Of a stretch of DNA of 64,000 nucleotides, positions 26,151 to 40,264 are shown piece after piece. The notes below the pieces were generated by a model. That model was not told the DNA's origin and searched no databases. It was given only the letters and a program-made list of their open reading frames with translations. Within the stretch, counting starts at the first letter, position 1. Each line of letters starts with the position of its first letter. Source of the DNA: Cycas panzhihuaensis. Taxonomy: Eukaryota > Plantae > Cycadophyta. The stretch is from NCBI GenBank assembly GCA_023213395.1, contig CM041465.1, positions 212,233,741-212,297,740 on the forward strand, in the 5' to 3' direction. The position numbers and the translations under genes were made by a program.

Positions 26151-29100
26151 CTCCTCTTTAATGTTTAATATCTTCAAGTTATAATTATCAAGTCTTCATC
26201 CTTGGTCTTCAATATCTTCATACTTTTATTATATGTTAGAATCTATAAACCTACATCAAATATGTATTAAGTTATATTAATTTGCATTATGTTGAATCAC
26301 CTATAATTTGAAAATATGCTAATATTATGTTTGTCTCCTTCAAGCAATTAACCTATAAAACCTATAATCATCTATGATCATCAGTGATTAACTATGATCA
26401 TCCACCTATAAAACTTACAAACCAATCATCAATCAATTATCAAATAACCAATCTCAATTTCATGACTTTCACTTATCATATTATATAAATCTTTCTCCCT
26501 AATAACTTCATATCTTACTGATAAAGTTATGATCAATTAATATTATTAATTCTCCATCTCATTAATATCATAAATATAATGATTATTAATATCTATATAA
26601 AATAATAAACATCTACTAAATTACATCAGTTACTAGTTGTAATTGCTAGTTCTTTAAGATTTATTTCTTATATGTAGTTTATTAATTAATAAATAATAGT
26701 ATAAATATCTCACCTCTTGCATACGAGAAAATAACTTGTGCGTTGCCTCCATTAATACTTTTGCACATATATACAACTTTCTTTTCACAATTAATAAATA
26801 ACTCATTAATATTAATAATTTATAAATTAAACATACTAACTTTGAGAATAAGGCATACCACCTAGCCAAGTTAAGTTAGTTGTAATAAGGTAATATAAAC
26901 AATGTGTTCTTATACCTCTTGTTATCCATGGAAAGTTAAATTTCTCATTAATAAATACATATCATATATCTATTAACTAAACACTTCAATAATTGATTTT
27001 AGTACTAAGTAAATAATATATAAGACTTCTTCTCCATGTATCATAAACAGGTGGAAAATAACTCATCAAATTTCATCTCTCTAATAAATAAACACTCTAA
27101 TTAAATTGAGACTTTCATCAATATTAGGTGGTGTCATCAATTATTATTCATTTATATGTATAATAAATTAAGTGATCATTACATTTAATAAGTGATTAGA
27201 GTTCCATTGATCAAATATGTAAATACTAAGGGGGATTTAATCATGTCCAACGTATGTAAGATACCCACATCAAATTTTACTTCAAATATATTCCCACATC
27301 ATCAAATTTTCATTAGTTTTAAGCCTTAAATTATCATTAATGAGCCTTTATAAGCTCAATTTTAAACAAAAATTATATTTTTAAAAAATATCTATCATCA
27401 AACTTATTATCATGTAGTTAGGGGCCTTTAAAAGCATAAAAAATACCAAAATAAATCTAAAAATCTCATAAAATAGACCATATTACTAAACTTTACTAAT
27501 TAAAATCTCTATATTCTGATCTCTATAATATGCCTTCTAATCATTTATTTCATTCATCTCAAAATTTTGTTTTCAACACAACTACTAGTGTGAAAAATAG
27601 ACACTCTAGTGAAAATTAATCACTAAAAAAGTATAAGAATGTCTTGAAAAAGTGCAGTCCTTTAGAAATTAAGTTTAGCCCCTTTTGAGTTGGGCTACTA
27701 GCCACCTAACATTGTCCATGTGACCATCTACTGAGACTTAGAGGGCTAAGATAGATTTCAAATTATATCAAATTGGATCTCATTTATTTTTACAAATGCA
27801 AAAAAAAAAGCAAATTAACCTAACTTATTAAATTTTAGACTCCACCATATAACAAATTCTAAAATATATTCTAATCCAATTGAATTAATGGAAAACTTTC
27901 TAAATATTTTTTATGTTAGTCAAAATTTGACTATGTATATAAATATTTAGTCAACTGATGATCAATTGGCTATTTCATCCACTGTAAATTAAATTTTTAT
28001 TTGCAAGATTCTTCATGGGTATAATAATGGTATCATAGTGTAGGCAATAAAGGTAGATCATTTATAGAAAGAAATCTTCTTCACTCTATAAATAGGGTGA
28101 CACATAGATGTATAGAGAGTAAGGGTGATGTAATCGTAAAAGCAAAGCTATTTAAACTCTTTTTACGATATTGGCATCAATCTTTAGCATAAGGTAGACA
28201 TATAGAGTCATGTTGGTATATAAAAATATCTCATATAGATAGATTGTTGGAGTAGGGTCATTAGACAAAGGACGGTAGATGCAAAACAAAATAGGAATCA
28301 AGGTAATATAGGATCCATGTATATAGGTACATTATAAATAAGAATCAACACCCCATAAACAAGTTACCTCAGAGCATTAGACTTTAGATATTTCCCTTCT
28401 CTATTAACCTTAGAAAATTGCATTAATATTTACTTATGAGATATGCATTCATGATCAAACTATTGAAGACCATTGTCCATGGTATTATATACATAGTCTC
28501 CAAATTTAATGCTAATGTGAGCTACACACCTAGAAATAGACGGTGATCTTCTAGACTTTGTATTTGAATAATAAACATGGCTATTTGTTATGAGATGGGT
28601 ATATACATCTGCATTTATTGACACTTTTCTTCTACTTTTTCAATCTTCCACACCTCATATATACATATACATATCTTTCCATTTCTTAAAAAATAATTCA
28701 TCATAGTATATTATTAAAATAATTATCACAACATAATATAATAATGACAAAAAATTCATAAATATAATTTTTGCCATTTTGTTCATCCCTCTTATATCTG
28801 AAACCCTAACCCAACAATATTTGTCAAATTCATGAAACCTGAACCTTTTTTTCTATTAAATCATGGTGCCTAAAATATTGTTTCATCAATCAACATCCCT
28901 TCATATATGCCACAAGTCTAATAAAATTTTGGCATCAAAATTTCTTGCCCATATATATTTTATTATTAATATTCAAAATCATTTCTTAGCATAACATCAT
29001 ATCATTGTGTTTGTATATCACACATGCATTATTATGATGCCCTCATAAAATCAACATACCTTTATAAGTTACTGCATATCATACTATATAGGTCTATTAC

Positions 29101-29736
29101 CTATTTTTGTTTGACTAATGGGATGGGATATTGGCTTGCTTTATATAACATCCTTCTTTATATTCATTTCATTTAATCTCTTCATCAACTTCATGCACAT
29201 CTCTCAATGGAAAAACTACTATAAAAATCCATTTAATTAGAAGAAAATCTATAAGTTAAAGTGGATAAAAAATTCTATGATAAAAATTGGGTAAGAGAGA
29301 TATCATTAATACATATCTTATTTAATCTTACTATTGCTAATTATGAGGTTTGGTGAGTTGGCCTATCTCATAAAATCTTAATCACTTTTGTAGGTGTCCA
29401 ACCTATATTAATGAATGTAATTGGCAATAATTTTTCTCATCATTAAGTGGAACTCTTTAACACTAGCATGCTTTGAATATATGGTATCAAGATACTAAAT
29501 CTAATGCCTACATAAATTAAGTAGTATACCCATTAGTTGATGACTTCATCTTATATATATATATAGCTTTATCATCTTTATCATGCCTCTAAATCTTAGT
29601 GGCATATCACTAGCATATTTGATTTTAGCTTATAAAATCACACATCATATTAGCTCTTGTACTGGCTATATCATTGGCTCAATTGTTAGCTCAAGTATAG
29701 GCTTGCAACCTACTTCTATAAGATCTTTCATAACAT

Positions 29737-29749
29737 GGCTCTGATACCA
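29737..29749 (-). promoter_or_regulatory. Primer binding site, tRNA-iMet
   Basis: Reverse complement TGGTATCAGAGCC directly after the LTR end. Confidence 0.9.
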
Positions 29750-30370
<621 letters not shown>

Positions 30371-32344
30371 ATATTATGAGTCAAGACCTCTTCCTTATTG
30401 ATAATAATCTTATACTTATTTTATATATGAGGTGCATGGTACTTATAATATGAGATTTACCTCTTTCTCCTTAGGTGTATCTTGACTCTAGGTTTCATAC
30501 TAAGTAGGAGAATCAAAACTCCCTCTATCAATAAGTAATATGTTTCTATATAGGTCTTAGTTAGATAGGATATGGGATTTGTAGTTGTTGATCTAATTCT
30601 AAACAAGAATGAATGATTTTACTAAATATGACTCACTGATAATAGTATCTTTATTGACACATCCTTTTCCTTCCTAAGCCTTACCAATATCATCAAGAAA
30701 ATGATACTCTAAAGATTGTATAAAAAACTAATTATCCTACTTCTTAGGATCCTTACATTATTTGGAAATATCCTAAGGATTCTTTGTTGTTATATTCATA
30801 AAATTCTAACCTTTTTTATAGTGGGTACTTGAAGTCTAAATAGACTTTCCCTTTGATTTATCTAAGGTTTTTCCCCTTTTATCTTTTCCCTTGAATTTTT
30901 CTAAAGTTTACTCCTTTGCCTCTACTTGGGTCTTTAACCTAGTTAATCTAAGTTTCTTAGCATCTATAGATGACCTTATTCTTCCAAAATCTTCCTATTG
31001 ATGCTTCCTCTTAGGTCTACTTTTGTCTTACAAAGAATATATAGGTTTGAACTTAGGTCATTAAGTCACTTGCAAGATTGAAATTGACTTGTTAGGTTCT
31101 TAGTTTGGGAGCTCCACATGAAATTTTAATAAATCAATAAGCTTAATTATGTTGGCCAAAATAATTTATTTCTTCAACTTAAACCAAATCTACTATAATT
31201 GAGACTTATGTTATAAAATACTCTAAGGAACATGGAGTTAAACATGTACTTACATACATGAATCATCTTAAGAGAAAATAAGCTATGTAATATGCCTCAT
31301 ACCTATATAGTAAATAAGTAAGACTAGGTAAGTTAAGGTTACTTTTAGTGGAATCATTTGTATACACTAAGATTAATAATATGCACAATGATTAATGATG
31401 TATTAGCATGAGGCTTAATGGTGTATTAGCTTAAGGTTTAATGGAGTCCACCAAGAAGGGTTGCACACCCCACTAGTATAAATAAACCTCCCTCATTTAT
31501 AAGAAGGTTAATTAATTTTTCAATTAGTAAAACCATATCCATCATTGAAGAATAAAATTAGTTTACTTAGCCTTTCATTGACTTTTTCTTTTGTTTGTTT
31601 ATTTTTCCATTTTATATCTTATGGAGCTTTAATATAATAGGTGTGAGAACTATTCCAAGCACTATCATTTTGGTGATTTGGGCACAATCTTAGAGCTTTT
31701 TCGTCATTAGAGCTTTGTATTTACTCTTTTTTGCAAGTGTTGGTTACTATCACATAATGGAATGCAATTTCTTACACTTATCTCAAAACTCATTATGATT
31801 TTGAGCTCATTTCAAGCTTCTTATCATATTTTGGGAGTTTTTGAAGTGTTGGTGTACTCTTTTCTAGTATTAGTAACCCTCTTTGCAATTCTTCTTTTGA
31901 TATTTTTCTTACTTGTGAGGGTTTTGATGCTTAGAATCTATGTTTGAGTAGCTTTAGGTATTTTTCCTCAATGTCCTCTAATTTAGGCACTCCTCCTTAA
32001 TTTTGGTAGTTTTATGTTAATGTTGGGTAGCACTTTATATCCTATGACACTTTCTTTGATAGATTTGTGGGACTCATGGCCATTTGTTGACACTCATAGT
32101 CCCCATACCTCCATAACATCCTCTTTCTTATTTCATAATTTTCTCATCTAAGTTTGGCTTCCTTTATTAATTGTTTAGCTTTTCATTTCATATCTTATAC
32201 AGATTTAATATAACAAATGTGGGAGCCATTCCAAGTTTGGGAAAAGCTTATCAAAAAGCTAAGATATAATCAAAATGGAATTAGGTTTGAGATAAAACAT
32301 GTCATATCTCCTTCATGAGGTTCTTCTAATAAGAATAATTCTTA

Positions 32345-32510
32345 TGTGTGTGTGTGTGTATCTATCTATCTATCTATCTATCTACATACATACATATATA
32401 TACATGCATACATACACACACACACACACACAGATATATATATATATATATATATAAATATATATATAGATATATATATATACATACATACATACACACA
32501 CACACACACT

Positions 32511-32551
<41 letters not shown>

Positions 32552-32616
32552 CTATATATATATATCAATAAGCTTTATTCATATGTGTGTGTGTGTATGT
32601 ATATATCTATATATCT

Positions 32617-32670
<54 letters not shown>

Positions 32671-32696
32671 CTAAAGAGAGAGAGAGAGAGAGAGAG
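32345..32696. repeat. Long compound microsatellite (TG, TATC, TACA, CA, TA, GA)
   Basis: Seen directly in the sequence. Confidence 0.95.
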
Positions 32697-34159
32697 GTAT
32701 TAAGGTTTTGATAAATCTCTTAAACATGAGTATTTATTGGTTGACCTATCTAATAACCTTGGGTTACAACCTGTCATGCATTCATATAATAATTGTTAAT
32801 AGCAAGGAGTGATAATAAAATACCTTTCCTTCATCCAAATACCTTTTAATTTCTTTATTCATCTCTATACTAAGGTGCTTATACTAGTTTATCCTCCTCC
32901 TTTTATAAGATTTTCCTATCAACAACTAATATTTAGCTAGTATTTTTATAACTCTTGCCTCTAAAATTGTTATCCCATAAACAATCCTCACTACCCATGT
33001 GTGTATGGGATGAATAAAAAAATTTATTTGAATACCTTAACTGTTGAAGGCTTCCTATTCCTAATAAATATCTTTTTCCAATGTTCTTTTGTCTATTCAT
33101 TTATCATCAAAGTCCACATCACCAACATCCAATGGGTGTTATGCATATAAATGAATAACATGGAGCATAATTGTAAAATTTGTTGCTTTAAACTATAAGG
33201 CATCATTGTCATACATAAGTAATAGTTCATGTATTATTTCTTTCTATCATTAGATGGTAGATAAATATATTATCTAGGCAAGGTAATACTTTCCTTATGT
33301 AATAATTACACTCCATCTATCATATCTTTTGATATTTTAAACTATTAAAACTAATTACCTCTCTATCTTTTAAGACTTATTTGAGTGAAAATGCCTCCCA
33401 TTTAGCCTTATAGGCTAAGAGTTCTTTATTAAGAATTTTTCTTGAATTAAGCATCAAATGAGGCCTTTGTACCTACTCCTCCACTATCTTCTAGAGTTCT
33501 TATACCTACTTTATAAGATTATCAATAACTTTAGACATCATGAATTCTTTTAGAGATTTATGCTTGTAAATCATGTTTTTGTTGAAGGCTTAGGCTTTAA
33601 TAAACTTATATAACTATACAATAATTCTTTAAGAGCTCTATTTTTCTTATGACTCATAGTTAGGATGTTTTCCTTAAAGTTGAATCAAAATTTAAATTCA
33701 AATTATCATTGTCCATGGTATGATGATCAATCATGGTTATGATGCTTTAATTATCCTCCTCATAAAATGATTCATAATTAAGTGTGTTTCCTTGGGAATT
33801 CTTGAAAGGAAATTATAATCTGTTGAGATATAAATGCAACATGATTCTCAAAATCACTCTATTAATCTTGATGTTTTACTTTTATCCTCACATCCAATTA
33901 GCTTCCTACCTACCATATACCAAATGTATTTAGGTTTAATTGTCATAATTGATTCATCACCCACTATTAATAATCCTCATGGCTAATAAACATATTAACA
34001 TTGACATGTCTTAATTATAAAAAAATAGGTTGTTTCAACGATGTTAACTATTTTCTAGACTTAATAAAAGCCCTTACTTACAAGCATTATACGAAAGGTA
34101 GATAATTTTTCTTATTTTCTTATTTTTAATTTTAATTCCCCCAACCTAAAATTTAACTT

Positions 34160-37100
34160 ATGTATTATTTTAGTTTATTGTCATCTATTTTATTTGGTAT
34201 CAAGTTGCCTTCTAATGTTTTCATTATGATTGAGTCATTTGGCCAAATCTAGTCTAGTATAAAGGGTAGTTACCATTGAGTCTTTAAATTTCCTAATTTC
34301 CCTTCAAAATTACTATAAAAATTACAAGAAGGACCTCCAACTTGAACTTCTTTGATTTTATTTGTTTATCATGCCATGCCTTCTAGTGAGCCTTAGTGAT
34401 TTTCTATTGTCAATTTCATAATAACCTTGTCATCCAATTTAATCAATTATAGTAATATTTGTTCAAGATCTTGCTAATTCCCCACTTTAGAAATAGTATA
34501 ACATGTAGATTAGACATAATGAATTCTATTGATATCACCACTTTTATGTGATATACTGCTTGAAAAGGTGTCTACCTAATCAATTTCCTATATGTTGTTC
34601 AATATGCTTAGAGTATTACATATAGCTTATTAGTCCAATCATACAAAACCACATTGCATATTTTAGTAAGGGTTGGATGTAATATTTTATTAGAACTCTT
34701 AGTGAGTCCATTACACCTCAAATTATAAGGGATGCTTTTATAGTGTTAAACCAAGAAACTATCTATTAGGCTTTTTATTAATGACATGAGTCCCTACAAA
34801 AATTTTGTTATAGTTGTCATGGTACAATCATTTGTCAAATGAGCTTTCACCTAAGAAGTCATATAGTCTATTGCTATAAAAACATATTGCACACTTGTTC
34901 TTGTATCCACCAAGCTAATGGAGCTAACAAAATTAATTTCTCATTTTGTAAATGACATTCCTTCAACCATAGGGTTTAATGGTAGATGGTTGGATTTCTA
35001 TGGTCAACTAACTCATTGGTAAATATCCAATTTCATGGCCAAATATACAAATCCATTAATACCATTAACTACCATAATCCAAGGTAGACAATATTTATTG
35101 CAAGACTTTCACTTATTAGATGACCTTCAACAATAGCTTCATGTGACTCTCTCAATACCAAAGATCACATGATATAGAATACATCCAAACCAAGTCAATA
35201 AAGTTGGATTGCAATTAATTAGTAATGGCTACTTTTGAGGGCCAAGGCTTTTCTTTCTTTCATCAAGCATATTGATAATGGTAAGCCCATTTGGAGAAAG
35301 TTTGTAATTTCTTAAAAAATCTTTGATTCAAATTTGACTTTATATAACTTGCATTAGAAACGTCATCATCCACTTCTATTGGTTCTTCACCCATATCTAT
35401 TCTTGAAAGATAATTGAGTATGATGTATGATTTGCTAGGCCTCAAAAAAATATTAAAATTAAACTCCATTAGTTATTACATCATTAAGATGTTGGTCTAT
35501 TAATCAAATATGATAATTCCTAGTGATTTGTATAAAAGTAGAAGAAATTAGCCAATAGATAGTGTAAATATTTCTATAAATCATATACCATATTAAGACC
35601 TTCTCACTTTATTGCATTGTAATTTATTTTACTTGCGTTAATCTTTAATTGGTAAAGGCTATCATATCATTAGTTGACCCTCACCTAGGTTATGACAGTA
35701 TTATTATAATAACTACTCCTAATGCATCAAGATAAACATTAGAAATTTTTATCTAGTTAGTAAATTTTTGTATGGGAGCATTTGCTAATAACTTCATTAG
35801 TTTTTTTAATATTATATGGCAATCCTTCATCCAAATAAAGGCCATATCCTTTCACAATAGTTCTTCTAAAGGAATGACAATTCTAGAATATCCCCATACG
35901 AACTCTTGGTGATACCCCATATATCCAAGGAATTATTTTACCATATTTAATTTTGTTAATAGTTTCAAGTCAAGAATAACTTTGATTTTTTCCAGATCTA
36001 ATAATAGGCCTTGTTAACAAATAAAATATCCTAGTGGTATACCAAAAGAAACCTAAAATTAACATTTATTTAGATTCAAAGAAATTCCCATTTCATGACA
36101 TTTTCACAGCATGAGTTTAAGATTAGATGTGTGATCCTTCAATGGTCCAAACAATGTCCAATAGTTTAAGTAGACTTTAAGAGCCTTACAAATAAAATCT
36201 CTGAATATTATCATAATTATTCTAAAACAAATAGTTGGAACACTACATAACCTAAATGCTATAATCTTGCAGACATAAGATCCCTATTTAGTGATAAATG
36301 TTATCTCATGATGGTCTTCTTTAATGATCTTTACTTAGTTACACTGTGAAAAATAATCAATAAATGAATAGACTTTTTGTCTTTTAACATTTTCTAATAC
36401 TTATTCAATGAATAAAGCTAGAAAAGCTCAAAAGTCGACACAAATTCTTAGCTTCCCATTCTTCTTCTTTATAATCACAATAGGGATAATCCATATAATA
36501 TTTTCAATAAGATATATGCATACTATAATGAATATCTTCTCAACTTCCTTTTAGATATTCTTCAAATATTTTGATTTGAGTTTAGTATATATGATTTCTA
36601 TCCTACTAGTTTTATCCCATCTTCTAGTTTGATCTCCATCAACCCAACATGTTCTAGGAACCCTTTGAGGTTTTTGTCTTTCCATGTAAAAACATCTTTA
36701 ATTTCTTAAAATAAGTCATATACTTTTGCAATGACTTCATCAATCTAATATTTTCTTATGAAAGGATTCTTAAGCTCATCCTTGATACCTATATTAATGG
36801 TATTTAGGCATGGTGTCTTACCATAGTCAATCCAAGATTTGCTTATAAAAACATTCTTAGGCTCATCCTTAATACCTAAATTAATGGTATTTAGTTGTGG
36901 CATCTTCTTAAAGAAAATATAATGTATATTTTTGAATTGAAGGATTATATAATCCTACCTCCATATGATTTTCTTCCACTCATATATAAGGAAAATGGTG
37001 ATCCAAGTTTGATGTTGAGGATGATTTTCAATGAAGAAATATCCATATTTTGGTTGAATCTTACTAATGATTTCTTAGATAATCAGGGACATATTAAAAT

Positions 37101-37402
37101 TATTATACATGCATCTATGATAGGCTATGAAGACTCATGGTAGATGTATAAAAATAATGATTCCATCTTACTTCTCATTGACTAACAAGAAGAGGTTATC
37201 AATGTTGAAATTACCATTAAATAAATTTGAATAGATGGAAAAAGTTGTGAAGAGCCGATCCAACCAAAATGTAAAATCATATCATGTGATTTTAAGTAAG
37301 ATAAACAAGATATACTAGTGGTTAATTTTAATTTGCTTCAAGAACCTTATGATATCATATATTTTGATCCATAGTTATAATATTTTAGTCTTCACTTCAG
37401 GA
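34160..37402 (-). pseudogene. Decayed Ty3/gypsy non-chromovirus (Athila-like) pol: RT-RNase H-integrase
   Basis: Minus-strand translation: RT 'WIIPIVIIKKKNGKLRICVDF', 'VLENV..KVYSFIDYFS.CN' ~36300-36500; RNase H 'YLHYLLANFFYFYTNH' ~35520-35580; integrase 'EINFV...YVFIAIDYMTS*VKA' ~34845-34945; C-terminal 'GKFK' ~34290. Confidence 0.8.
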
Positions 37403-37900
37403 TATTAGAATATGTGATATTATCACATATGTAATATTTAATTTAAAGTAGTAGGTCCATATAAAATCCCACTTACCAAAAGTATCGATAGATATGATAT
37501 GCACCCTTACTCATATGAATGTTATATTGGATGATAGAAAAGCTCAAGAGATATTTTAGGTTATTTATGAGAAGATTATTCATATAAATATATACATATA
37601 CCACTTGAGAACTAGAGAAAGGATCGAGAGAGTAAGCACTCATTTGGAGATGTAATCATTTCATATTTAAAGAAGAGCTTCCAACTCTAACATTCTCTCA
37701 TGGTTTACTCCACACTGAGTTTTCCATATATAAATCTATTATCTATATTATGGTGAATGATAATTATATACATGATTTGTGTGCATTCCTTATGATATTA
37801 TTCATTTATTATTATTATTATTATTATATTTGATATAGTTTCACTACGCTTAATGACTACATTTTAATATGCTATTAGAGTTAAATTCTAAATTATAACA
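37403..37900 (+). repeat. Family X LTR 1 of the tandem array
   Basis: TATTAGAATATGTG...AAATTATAACA, followed by the degenerate PBS TGTTATCAAAGC. Confidence 0.85.
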
Positions 37901-38034
37901 TGTTATCAAAGCATTTGATAAGTGATTATAATTCCACTAAATTAAATATGTGAATGTCATATTAGAATTTAGAATATAACTCTAATACCATATTGGAATA
38001 TAATCATTAAGTTTAGCAAAAGTATACTAAACAT
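37826..38034. repeat. 75-bp inverted repeat (U5 end vs inverted U5 copy) with the PBS in the 59-nt loop, unit 1
   Basis: 37826-37900 is the imperfect reverse complement of 37960-38034. Confidence 0.85.
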
Positions 38035-39599
38035 CACTTACCTATTTTGTTGTCGTTGGTTGTGAGGTTTAGTGAGATAGCCTATCTCATAAAATCTTAA
38101 TCACTTCTATAAAGGGGTAATTTATTTTGGTGAATGCAACTGGTAATAATTTCTTATCTTCTCTTCATCACATCATTAGCACACTTGATTCTTACACCTA
38201 TATGTTCTAGAATGTGTGTACATAAGATGCTTAAATTATTGTCCACGTAAATTTAATAAATTAGTATACCATTAGTTTATTGTATTCATCTTCTGTATGT
38301 AGCTTTACATCATCTGTATATAGTTTATTCTTATTTTGTATGTGTTTTTCATCATTTTTATTTAGCCCTAGAATCCTAATCATATATCACTAGCATAATT
38401 AGCACAATTTATTTTTTGGCTTTTTAATTCACACCTCAAATTGGCCCTTGTATTGGCTCATTCACTAGCTTTATAACTAGCTTAACTGGCTCATCATTAA
38501 TCTAACTCATGTATAGGCTTGTAACCAACTTACATAAGATCTTTCACAATTAATAAAAAAATTGATGTGGGTATCTTACATATGTTGGATATGAGAAAAT
38601 TCCCCTTGGGATTCAACACATTTGATCTAGTGAAGGTAGCCACTAATCAAATGTTAAAATCACCTAGTTTATTGGACACCCATTTGAATGAATATTTATA
38701 ATGGTACAAACTGATATTAATAAAGGCCCCTGATTATTTGTTTATTAAAGAGATAAATAGATGTGATGATTGAATGAATTGTTCACTTATTTATGAAACA
38801 TGTAGAATAAAGAGAAGTCTCATATATGTTAATTACTTTGCATTAAAATTAGTTGTTGAGGCTATCTAACTAATATAGGAAATGTAAATCAATGAGAAAT
38901 CTAACTTGCCATGTATGATAAGAGACATGGAAACATACTATTTATATTACCTTGCTATAGCTAACTTATCTTGGCCAAGTAGTACACCATGTTCCTAGAG
39001 TTAGTATGTTTAGATGATTGATTTGTTGATGTTAATGAGTTATTTGTAGCTGCCAAAATAAAGTTACTAATGTATACATAAATAAAGAAAGCATATAATA
39101 TTATCTTATATACAAGAGGTAAGAAAAGTTTTCACAAGCTACTCATATACAATACATAGATTATATTATTTTTGTATACAAGAGGCAAGAAATTTTATAC
39201 TACTCTTATAATAATATTTTACCTAATAATTAAATGTTATTTATTAATAAATAGATATTAATTGATAATAGTTTTATAGGTCAAGATATAAAGTTGTTCA
39301 AGAAAACACTTCATATAAACATAACAAATGAGAGTCATGTATATTGATAGTTGATGGATGTTTGATGGTTTTATAGGTTGGTTACTTATAGTTAGTCACT
39401 AATAATTATAGATAATTACAAGTTAATACTTATAAAAAATAATCATAATGTTAATAGATTTATAGGTTACAAGCAATATAGTTTTATACCAATTTCATAT
39501 AGATTATTATAAGTTTATAAATTTTACCATATAAGGAAAGCATGAAGCAATAAAGATCGAGAATGAAGATGAAGATTAAAGATTTAAAGATATTAAACA

Positions 39600-40130
39600 T
39601 ATTGTCATATATGTAATGTTTAATATAAAGTATTAGACCTACATAAAATTTCACTCCCCAAAAGTATTGATATATGTGATATGCACACTTATTCATGTAA
39701 ACATCCTATTAGATAATGAAAAGCATCAAAAGATATTTTAGGTTATTCATGAGGAGATTACTCATATAAATATATACATACACTACTTGAAAACTTGAGA
39801 AAGGATCGAGAGAGTGAGGAATCATCTGGAGATGTAATTATTTGATATCTAAAGAGGAGCTCCCAACTACAACCTTCTCTTGTGATTTTTTCTACATTTG
39901 ATTTTTCATGTATAAATTTATTGTCTATGTTGTGGTGAATGATTATTGTATTCTTGATATAATTATACTTTATAATTCATATTATTATTTGATATGTTGA
40001 TCTTACATATATGATTTATGTGTATTTTACATAATATGATTTATTGATTATATACATGTTAAATATAATTTCATTACACTTAATGACTACATTCCAATAT
40101 GGTATCATAATTAAATTCTAAATTCTAACA
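39600..40130 (+). repeat. Family X central LTR (PPT and 5' terminus deleted)
   Basis: Similar to LTR 1 and LTR 3; ends AAATTCTAACA, then TGGTATCTAAG. Confidence 0.8.
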
Positions 40131-40264
40131 TGGTATCTAAGTATTTGATAAGTAATTGTAGTTCCACCAAATCAAATATATGAATTCCATATTAGAATTT
40201 AGAATTTAACTCTAATACCATATTGTAATATAGTTATTAAGAGGAGTAAAACTATATTAAATAT
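40056..40264. repeat. 75-bp inverted repeat around the PBS, unit 2
   Basis: 40056-40130 is the imperfect reverse complement of 40190-40264. Confidence 0.85.

Noticed and set aside
31209-31633. Possible solo LTR (TGTTA start, TATAAATA at ~31477)
   Set aside because: No convincing terminus, TSD or second copy in the window
32346-32711. ORFs rich in CV/YI/HT
   Set aside because: Translation of the compound microsatellite
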